Shown here piece after piece: positions 11,295-21,931 of a stretch of DNA of 33,168 nucleotides. Source of the DNA: Collodictyon triciliatum (lineage: Eukaryota); NCBI GenBank assembly GCA_043381765.1, contig JBHJMP010000888.1, positions 1-33,168 on the forward strand. The letters are read 5' to 3'. The stretch's first letter is position 1. Each line of letters starts with the position of its first letter. The translations under genes and the position numbers were made by a program. The notes beneath the pieces are model-generated. The model searched no databases and had not been told where the DNA came from. It saw only the letters and a program-made list of their open reading frames with translations.

Positions 11295-12050
11295 GTCGGC
11301 ACAGAAGCCCAGAAGAATGGGCTATAATAACGCATCGAGTTGTGGTGGGAAAGCAGGAACGATTGGCCTTGAGGAAGAGTCGAGTCAGGGAAAAGAGCTC
11401 TTCTTTAGTGAGTTAATGTTGGTTGTATTTAAAAAAAAAAAGATTGAGTTCTTTCTCACTTCCTTCTCATGTTGTTGTTTTCCAGCTGACAGGTCAGCGG
11501 GTGTGCGAAAGTCATTGTTGTCTTGTGCAACATGCGCCTCGGCCTATGCTTTGATCGGCCCCGTTTGAAACAGGAATGGCGGGTGGGAATGAATCAACGA
11601 ACAAAGACTTTGTTCTACGAGGACGAGAAATGGGATGTCTTTTCTGGAATATATATACACAACCTCTATAAATTATTACATACATGATTATTTCATTAAT
11701 AACGCACAAAAATACTCAATAATTACATATATAATATATTTACCACGATGAAATATGTACGGTGACATGACGCAAACAAAGCCCACACCGACCGGAATCA
11801 GGAATCGACTTGCGCTGTTTCCTTTCTCTTTTTTTTCTGTTGTACTTTTGAACAGACCCCACACAATGAGATCTGGTCTCGTAAAGGAGTTAAAAAGGAT
11901 GTAAACATGTACCTTTCTTTTATCGCTCGTTCCCTATGAGTTTGCAGATTTACATAATTTACATGCTCGTTTCCGTCTTGCAATGCGGCCATATACACAA
12001 ATACGTGTTTATTTTGCAGTAGTCGATCGTCCGTCGGTGCTTCTTGGGCG

Positions 12051-14679
12051 ATGCTTCGGCTGCGGTTTGTGTGCTGTGCAGTTTCTTCGAATGCGAGTCG
12101 CAGCAACAACAACAATGTGCGATGGCTTTCGTTGAGACGAGCCGTCTTTGCGGGAGAAGGAAAGAGTGGAAAGGACTCTGCTGAAGGAAAGGAGTTTAAG
12201 GAGAAGGCCAAAGTCTTGAAGGATATTCTCAACTTTAGAAGAAAATGTAGGTGTATTTGGGCAATAATCCTTCTGGTATTTTTTTAATAAAAAATAAAAT
12301 GTATATACATAAAAATGGTAAACTACTCATTAACTCAGATATGTATATGATTTGGTTTAGTGACAGAAGATAAGCTGGGGTATGTAAACGAGATATTCCC
12401 GAAGGAATCAACGAAACATGTGATTTTCATCCCAATAACAACCTGATTTATTTTGAAGTGGATATTCATCCATTTATATGACTTCTTGTAGTTTTATCAC
12501 CTAAATATCTCTTAGGCTGTACTTACTCCGATGCAATCTATTCTGGACAATGACGACTTGCTAACGGACCTCCTGTCCAAGCAAGGAAAGAAAAAGAACG
12601 TCCCAAAGGCTACCTTATCTATGGAAGAAGCGAAAATCAAATTTGATAGTATCATATCTGAAAATATTGAGGAAAACACCCCCATCGATAAAGAATTCAG
12701 CAGCGAAGAATCAGAAGATGAACTGTATAATGATTTGAGTACTAGTTCATATAATGAGGGAAATGACTGGGAAAATCAAGACAAGGAGAAGGATAATGTA
12801 CTTGTCCGAAATTATGTAGATTTTAAAGGAAAAAGAAAAGAAGTAAGTCATCCAGATGAATCAGATGAAGAAGTCGAATCATATGCTACCGGAATTGAGC
12901 CAGTTCCACATTCAAAAGACGAAATGTACAGACAAATTGAACCTCACGAGGATGAATCAATTGAATCACAACTGGAGATGATACATAATGCACCAGATAT
13001 CGATTTCAATGCTATTAGAGATAAAGATGAGCTTGAACCCTCTTCGTTTGAAAATGGAGCTGATGGTGCGCTATCTCTCGATTTACCTGACGCCAGTCAC
13101 CATAAGCTTCCATTATCATGGAGTCAAATACACGTGATTCGAGACAGAGCGCGATACGTCATAAGCTCCGTCCTAGAGAATGTAGAGTGAAGTGATACCA
13201 CATGAGCTTATTGGACTTTTTTATCCACTTTCAATGAATTTGCTTAATATAATGTGTCTTATTCCAGGAAGAGCCTCTGCCGTATACCATTTCGGAAGGT
13301 GTTGCTGTAATTGAACTGCCAAATACACTGAATGCATCAGGTTTCTTTCACTTTTCTTATCTGATTGCATTTCCCACTATGGATATTTCTTTCAGTTTTG
13401 GGTAAGAATTACGTGTATCTTCATGATGAAATTCAATTTCGATGGCAACCATGTGTTTATCCATGATATAACAGGATTCTCGTTTGCCACATCTCTTCGG
13501 CTTCTGAAAGCGCTATCTATAATGTCCAGTGACCATAGCATAAGTGTTTTGATTTTGAGAGGGTTTGACTCAGACGTTATAACGACACCCGAGACTGTCA
13601 TGTTTGCACAAAGATATGACACATTCAATCACAGAATATTATCAGAAGTACTGTCCTGTGTTGACTTGAACTTTCTTTTTTTTTTTACATCCTATTGAAA
13701 CATATATCAGTCTTGAATTTTTAGGGCTAGTGTGTTTATTTTTCAAAAGTAAAATAATGGTAGAGTCATATTCATGCAATATGTCTAAAAATTTGCCAGG
13801 TTACATCAGAACTGTGCTTGCGCTTGTCGGTAATTACATCATCTCCATTTATGATTATAAATTGCATTGAAAGACACTGCACTGGCCCAAGCTTTGTGAG
13901 TTGTGAACACTTTATATATGTCAATGGTGGTATATGTATAGTAAATCCTCAACTAGATATATAAAAAAATCATGAATATTTGAAGAAATATACCGTCAAA
14001 AAAGTATAAGGTTTTATTGTTTGTCTGGGTGAAATAAAAATAAAAATATTAGGCATTCAATTTACTGGCCGATATATCGGTCACTTCATCAACGGCTGAG
14101 CTAGGATACAGATGGGATTCATACGGTTTTTTCCCACTCATGGGCTCTAGGTTTCTTTCACACTCCAGAGTTTAAGAACAATTCTGCCGAATAAGTATCC
14201 CTGATACTTTTGATTTCACATCTTTGTTACTTTTTTCTTCTTTCTGAAGCAGCTATTTTCCGATTGACTTGCGTATCTTGTTTCAACAACAAAAAGCTAT
14301 GTCTTTGGACAAATGAAGAGCAACAATAACATCCTTGGGTGGGACGCTATCCTGGGTTCACATATTACTCCTGATGATGCAAGAGCTATAGGAATTGGTC
14401 TGTGGCATTGAACTATCAAAAAGAAATCGCTAGGCGTTTACAGAAAGGACCGAAATTGCAATTTATTATCCTTACATATTATTTTTTCATGCATCTGTAT
14501 CACCCTATGAATCGTAAATCATCTCGTGTCGTTGTGCAGTGGACAAAGTTGTGAAATCCTCGGGTGAAGTCTTTCCAGCTGCCATGGAAATTGCAAGGAA
14601 GTGGGTGCGAGTGCAGACACCCGAATCACGAACTGCACTCACCAGCTTTCGATTTGTAAGAACACCCTTCGCTGGAGCT

Positions 14680-14754
<75 letters not shown>

Positions 14755-15042
14755 CCCATCGCATGATTCTTTTGCCTAGGAAGATTCCGTGACAGTCTGA
14801 GTCACACATGCACTTTGCCACAGACTTCGAGTGACTTTGAGGTCAAAAAGTCCGTCGGGATGGAAGGCCGGGATTTCCTCCGGGCTCTGTCCAAGGGAAA
14901 CCGCATCTGGGGTGACATCAAAGTCACTCTCGACATCACACGCCGATTCTATCCTGTCCTAACCACAAAGATTGAGCAAAGCTCGCGCCAAAGCCCAAAG
15001 CCAACCAGTAAACCGCATCGTAGAGAAAATACCGACAAATAA
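12051..15042 (+). CDS. Putative mitochondrial protein: presequence + long acidic region + degenerate enoyl-CoA hydratase/isomerase (crotonase) fold, about 10 exons
   Basis: Arg/Ser-rich, acid-free N-terminus (MLRLRFVCCAVSSNASRS...RWLSLRR). Spliced C-half: YTISEGVAVIELPNTLNAS|GFS...VLILRG...SPFMIINCIERHCTGPSF|AFNLLADISVTSSTAELGYRWDSYGFFPLMGS|SYVF...HITPDDARAIGI|VDKVV...AAMEIARKW, which follows the crotonase motif order and resembles ECI2 GCSSYTF. Confidence 0.7.
14682..14752. repeat. Poly(T) tract of about 71 nt in the last intron of the crotonase-like gene
   Basis: Uninterrupted T run seen directly. Confidence 0.95.
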
Positions 15043-15903
15043 ATATCAACCCCGAAACAAAACAAATAAAATAATACATGCGATATACATGCGTATTTCT
15101 CTCACAAGGTGATGCTAAAATGTAATTTAATGTTGAAACTTTTTGGATTGAGCGAAAGCAGGGGGAATTGTTTGAGGTTTTTTCATTTTTAGTTTTACAG
15201 GCTGGTGGGAGAAAATAAAAGAGAGGCCGAGCATCAATTCTTTCTCATGTTGAATGTGGTTTGTGATAAAAAATATGACAGGATAATATAGTTTTTGGAT
15301 GAGAAGGAGCAAGGAGAAAAAAGAAGATATTGTTGTTTGCATTTCATAGGTGGAAAGGTGTAGCCAACTTTCTTGATAGATGTAAGGACTATATTATTTG
15401 TTAAGGCAGAAAATGAGAGCGCATCTACATCTCTCTCCCATCACGACTCGAAGCTGTTTGAATGGCTATTGAAAATGACAAAGGAACCCCTATTCAAGGC
15501 AGGAAAACACCGCATGAAGATCAGTTTCGACATTCTATCACATCCGTGTCATTTTAAGTCTGGTGGGTGTCAACGGGTTGTTTTGTTTTCTTTTCTTTTC
15601 TTTCTTGTGGCCTAATATTTCTAATGACTGTGGAATCCTTGGCTTTCTCTTCAATATAGATGTGCAAATGAAAGCGATAAAGAAAAGAACAAAGTAATGA
15701 AAAGATAAAACGTTCGATTAGAATACGGTAATGAGGAATTTTTTTTTCATTCTTCCTTTCAACTTTTGTGCAGGACCGAGGGTAATGAGGAATTTTATGT
15801 CATATTTATAAACCCGAAATGAAAGTTTTTAAGTGAGAAAAATGAATAAATAAGCACGAGTATTCACACCTTTCGTATGCAGGGTAACATACATGTTTTT
15901 GAA

Positions 15904-18900
15904 TCAATTTTCAGAAGCGTTCTGGATACTCAGTACGCCGTTTGCAGTCGCCATGTTTTGAGGGTCGTTGGTTGGTGCTGCTAGCTCTATATGGTGTTCT
16001 TTCTCTGTTGTGGCTTCGTGGTCCTCTATCCACCCTGCCTTGCAGAAGAAGTCATACAACTTCGTTGTCTTGCTGGCGTCTTTGAGAAAATAAAATAAGA
16101 TAAAAACAAGAATGTTCAATTTATTTTGCCCTCGAGCGAAAGAAGGATTTTTTTTGTTTGTTTGTTTGCTTCTACATTTCTCCTCCTGAATCATGAAAAT
16201 AGACGGATATACAATTAATTTATATTTTCCTTTAGTTATCTTTATAAATATGAAAGGAAAAAAAACTAACCTATATTTGCCAAGTTACGAGCGTCAGTTC
16301 TCCTCAAGCGGCCTGATTTCATCGATTCTTTCAACAGGGTTTCTTTAATTACCATATATTGTTGCGGCAGGATTCTGATGATTCAAATAGCAGTAAAGAC
16401 ATAAAGTTAAATACAAAGTTCCTTCGATAAAATTTCAAAAGAAAAACTAGTAGTACAGCCTCGTGAGGTTAGGTATTTGCAATTACAAATATAATCTTTG
16501 CTTGATTTCCATACTTTATATTTGAGCATATCTCTCGTTCTCGTGGAGAAAGCAGATCAAATCCGTCCAATTCGCTAATATCAAATTCTGAATCCAAGGA
16601 AGGACTATAAGTTAGTATAAAATCTACGGGACGTTAGGGTGATGAAGAAAGCCCCAGATAGTCCAAACTAGTATCTCATTACGAGAAGGTATATACTCAC
16701 TAGGCTTCCTCGATGGCTTTGCCTCAGGTGCTTCCTGAATTTTATTGATTGTTAGAGAAAGTTTCTCGGTTTGGTTGTAAGCCCATGCAGCAATTTGAAG
16801 ATATAGACACTTGTGGCATTGATTGAAAATAATAGTAAAATAAAAAAATGAATATATCGAGGTTGACACAACAACAATCAAAAAAAATTGTAACAACCGA
16901 TCCGCGGTTAGAAATCGTGAGGTGTTTGTGACTGAGGCGCTCGTATGTATAAGTGAAATTGCTGGTGTCTTTTGTCCTCTTTCCTTCCTCATCCTTAAGG
17001 AATTTGTGTTAAATAGAAAGGCTTATTAAATTTAATTATTCGCTCGTCATCGCACGCATGTTATAAATTTCGGATTAAAAAAAAAGAGAAGAAAAACGGG
17101 TGATACCTTCTTTAAGTGATTTTCATAGTATTCGGCCTCCGTGATTGACCGAAATCCAAGTTGTCGCCAGGATTGAAGCTTTTGTATATCATTTCTCAGT
17201 CGATGTTCCTCTAAAAAAGAAAATTTGCTGAGTAGTATTCATAATAAACCAGATTAAATCATAAAATCTTTTTTTCACGGCTGCGGATCGTAAAGAAGAG
17301 TATACGTATAATGCCATCCAGGAACTCGATATGCTCTGTGGGGCTTTGAAATCTTGCAAAACATTGATATCTATGTGATGAAAATTTTGTTATTGTTGGA
17401 CTTTCGTACAATCCAATAAAACAATGTTCAAACAGAGGTAAAGTGTTTACTTGGCCACAATATCTTTCTCATCTTTTGTGAGCTTGGCCATAAAATTCGA
17501 GAAGGGCTATGATTCAAGTTAGTCAGTGGTGCTTCAAAAGTATTGCAGCAATTGCACTGTGAGTAATCAAGCTAATCAGCAGCGTTAGCAGGATTGTGAA
17601 CCCACAACTTACATTTTTATTGAAAACAAGCTTCCTATCCAAAACGAATTTTTTCATATCTGCTCTTTTCTCGAGCTTCTTGTGATAAAATTCCAACACG
17701 CTCAATTTTATTTCTGAGACGATGAAAGATATTTAAGTAAGATATTTAGTATATTAGATAGATTGTAATTAATTGTTTTTTGTGATATATTGGCACCAGC
17801 TATAAATGCATACTTTTCATTTCAGGCGTGTCATTTGTGTCCCACGTCATATCAGCAATAACCTATGAAAAAGATAAAGTTTGAATTGAAACTATTCAAG
17901 GAAACTAGAGTTAAGGGCATCTCTGGAATCTGATATGCAGCAACAAAATACGGGCGGATGATTTCACAAGAATCGAACCTGCTCTGCGTCGTTGTCATAT
18001 TCAGTTTCAAAATCCAATCTCAGAGGCATGAATCCTGCAGCATCACCAGGACTTGGTTTGCCTCCGTCTTCAGTTTTCTGATATTTAATTCGTTGGAATG
18101 TATTTCAAAAAAATATGATTAAGATAAGTAGGCATATTCTTTGAATTGAATAAAGGAGAAAAGTAAGCATGCATATAATTACACAAAAAAGTAAAATTTT
18201 CATTGCCAATTAAAAAAAAAAGGACATTTACCCTCAGCGGATCGCTTTTGATGATTGGTTTCTGGTCTTTTTCTTTGGCTTTTTTGGGCTTCACAGAAGC
18301 TTGGGACACTAAATTATGGTTAAAAAAAAAAGGCAGAGAGAAAAATTAGAATATGACTATGTGTGGCCATGTGATAATTAAAGGACTGCGATGTAACGAA
18401 ATAACCTTCTTGTTCTGGTGCTGTAAATGCTGGTGTGATTTTACTAGCCTTTTCTTCCGCATATTGGTTCCTATTTGAAATTGTGGTGTTAGAATATCTA
18501 TTTGAGATATTCATTTGTTTGTTTTTCATTGACCAGATTTCCATTTCAAGTGTTGTAATTATACTATGAGTGGGCGGTGAAAGATATACAGTTAATCAAT
18601 TATGTACCGAAATATTAGAGATTCAGAAGCTATCGGAAGAGTTTTGTTCATATCCTATTAAAGGAAAGACTGAGTGATGTATTTAAGAATAAAACGTAAC
18701 AAAGTCACACATGAAAAAAGGGGAAAATTGTGATGATGCTCGATAAATTAGAAGTTTCATAATGGGAACTCATGAAAGGCTAGTCCTGTGCATAACCAGC
18801 TCATCTGGGTCAATGTATAGAAACATACAGGGAGCGGTGATGTTTCACTATTCAAGTATATCCTTCGATAGTGCTGCTCGCATTGCTCTTTGTCCTTTGT

Positions 18901-19689
18901 TCCAATGTGATCCTTTTTTTTTTTTTTTTTTGTATTGTCATAATTAAACATATTTAAGGGGGGAAATATGAGTAATGAAAGGAAACCAATTGACTGAGCA
19001 GTGCTATTTAACAAACAAAAAATATCGATATTTTACAGCAATATCTTCCCAATTCCCCATTCCGTATGATTGAAGTCCTTCAATTAGGAGTAGTTCTTCC
19101 GATGCATCCCAGTTGTCCTCCAACAAAGGAAATCCAAGATTGTCCTGCATTAGCGTTTCGGAATAATATAAAAGGCTTAGATCGTAAAATAGTGTATGCG
19201 TTTAAGTAGAGTGGGGACGAGCGGTCAGATAAAAGAGTTTGGGGCGTTCTTGATATATAGATGAAATGTAAATCAGCACGTTGAGCCCGTAACATATATT
19301 GGGTAGTTCGTTTTTCCAAATGTCCATACGCATTATAAACATAAGATAAAACTGAGCGGCTTAGTAAAAGGGAGAGATCATGATAAACTCATACAATTAT
19401 GTGGTAAGGATGCGTGCTTTTATGAGGATGGACTTCGGCTCCATTCAGGAAGCATTCGATGCATAGATCAAAGTCTGCACACTCTGCACAGCGAATCCGA
19501 AGATAGTTTGTAATGTCCCCTCGGCAATTATCACAATGATAACGCGGTGGGGTTACTGATAACCAATGGGCCACGGTGTATATGTGTATGTTACGAAAGG
19601 TTAGGTTTTCCCAAATAATGCAGGAAACTGCAAAGTAAATCATCCAAACGCTTCATTATTTTCAGAACAACCGAGGTGAAGTAAAAAAA

Positions 19690-19783
<94 letters not shown>

Positions 19784-20140
19784 AGAGTAAATAGAGGAAC
19801 ACTTTGGCAAAGGAATCATGTAAATTATAAAACTGTTTTGATGGCGTGGATTCTGTGAAGCCATACAACTTGTCTCAATGAAACAAAAGAAAAAGAAAAA
19901 CTATACGCATTTGTAGATAGATATAAATATAAGTATATAATCGGAAAAAAGGGGAAAAGCCATTTGATGCCTGGTTGAAGGTTTGCAACACATCTAGACA
20001 AAACAGACGGACTTGATAAAGCCTGTTCTCTCAAGGGAAAAAAAAAGGAGTAACTCACGCTTCCCTTTCGCGGGTTCGGCTGCAGTTTGTGCCTGAGAGC
20101 GGCGCCGTTTGTTTCTTGTGTTTGTCGAGTCTGCACCCAT
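15904..20140 (-). CDS. ADA2: Transcriptional adapter 2 (SAGA/ADA complex; ZZ finger, SANT, SWIRM), 18 exons
   Basis: ZZ: YHCDNCRGDITNYLRIRCAECADFDLCIECFLNGAEVHPHKSTHPYHII. SANT: WDASEELLLIEGLQSYGMGNWEDIA|DHIGTKDKEQCEQHY. ADA box: GFMPLRLDFETEYDNDAEQ. SWIRM: DLLSPREREICSNIK|ILPQQYMVIKETL...LYDFFCKAGWI. All 17 introns are GT-AG with consistent phases. Confidence 0.95.
19683..19782. repeat. About 100-nt poly(A) tract (two C interruptions) in ADA2 intron 1
   Basis: Seen directly. Confidence 0.93.
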
Positions 20141-21931
20141 GAAACGCGTCCCGGTCGGGCTCTTCCAGAACAGCGACAACCGAGGCCAGAAAGTTTGCAA
20201 TTCGTTAGCGAAATTTGGGCAGCACCGAATTATCTTGAGAGAGGTTCGAACATCTTATTCTCACCAAAAAAATCTCCCTATATTCTATCTGCAAGGCTAC
20301 CGACAGCCGTTTTTTTTTGGATGTGTGTGCGGTGATTTTGCGAGCGAAAGAGAGAAGAGAAATAAAAAAAAAAGAGCCACAGAGAGACTGGCGAGGCGGC
20401 AAGGGTTGAAGAAACCGGGACTGATCGCCCCCCAGAGAAAGGCAAAGAAAGCAAGGGAGAAAGAAGGTGCCTTTGAAGAGCCCCGAGCGAGTTCTTGTAA
20501 GCAAATTAAGACGGTGTCATCAGTGAAACAGCCGCCGCACTGGGTCTTCCAAATGCCTTCGTGGCCGATCAAAACACCTGCCCCTCTCTCTCTCTCTCTC
20601 TCTCTCAAGAGCAGAACCGCGCAACCCCAAAACGCGCTTTCTGTGCTCCGTCGCGAATGCTCCTTCGCTTTTTCGGCCCCGATCGATAAAAAAAAAATAG
20701 CATTCGTTTGCGGCTAATTCGGCTATGCTGTCTATCGAAAAAAACATGAGGAGAATTCGAAAGGGACACAATTCTGCACCTTTGGAGAACTGGCTCCTTT
20801 TCTGTCCCCCTGGTGCAATTCAACGAATGTTTTCATAAAATCCACAATCTTTTGGTGATAATTTCTATGAAAGATGTGATTATTCTGTCCCTTGTCAGGT
20901 GGCTTTGTTTTTCTCTTGTTCAAAATTGTTTGTTTGTGGGGAAAAAATTGCCCAAATTAAGCCGTAGTCGAGGAAATGGTCTTTCTGGGATTCAAAGGGA
21001 CAGAATGAAGTCATTATCGGGGAAAATTCAGGAAGTTTTAGCTCATACTGCAACAAATTTGAAACCCTCTCGAATGGAATGGCATATCAATTTGAAGTTT
21101 TATATACATATATTTATGCATTATTATATAATGGTATATTTATTACATATAAAAAGCATAAAGGTTAGATTTAAGTATGATTATGTATAAAGTCCAGATA
21201 TGTAAAATCTCCTTTGTTATGGGTGCGCCGGGTCGTCTGGTTTGGGTGGGCTGGACGCAAGGTTGCTGGCTGGTAATTTTAATGGGGTGTGGCAGGTGAG
21301 GATGTATTGCTTGTGCAGGGAAGGGGTTAGGTTATGCGGGAGTCTAAATAGAAAGATCACAGATGTTTGACCGAAAGTATATAGAAGACTGAGAAAGGTC
21401 TTATATTTGAACCCAAAAAGGGCGCGATAGCAAAGAGAATGGAAAAGAAAGCAAAGGAGAGGTAGATGCAAGGGAGATGAAAGGGAAGCACCACCGGGAT
21501 TATTTGGTTGCCCTTCCAGTGCCTCTTGATGTTTAATGTACCAGAGGCAGAGCAACCAAATAAAAATAATATAAAAGTATATTTAGTGCAAAGCCATTGT
21601 GTTAAAGAAAAGAAATAGCCGCACAGACAAATGATAATGGACCAGAAGCCCATTTTTCTCTGAAGAGGAAAGAGAATATCGCATGGAAACACAGGGACAG
21701 CCTCACGGTTGGTTTTTGATAGTAAACGAACCCGACGGACTACCTGCGCATGCTTTGTTCCACGTCCATTTAATTCCAGGATTGAGTAAAATATACATAA
21801 GGACTCCTGTCAGATTAGATATATTTCCCCGCACCAACATGTTTGCTGGACATGCTGATTTCCTCTATGTTGTCTACTTCTCAAGCACTTAATCAGTAGC
21901 TTCTCTCTCCTTAGTAATGGCTCGTGGGGAG

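Noticed and set aside
11029-11416. CL, FM, VY and IN dipeptide-repeat ORFs, and YVCM/FIYL repeat ORFs elsewhere
   Set aside because: Translations of microsatellites; also not CRISPR arrays, since there are no spacers.
20622-21336. Telomerase template-like words (CAACCCCAA near 20622 on +; CCTAACCC near 21325-21332 on -)
   Set aside because: 8-9-mers are expected by chance, no adjoining pseudoknot or template-boundary element was seen, and the organism's telomere repeat is unknown.
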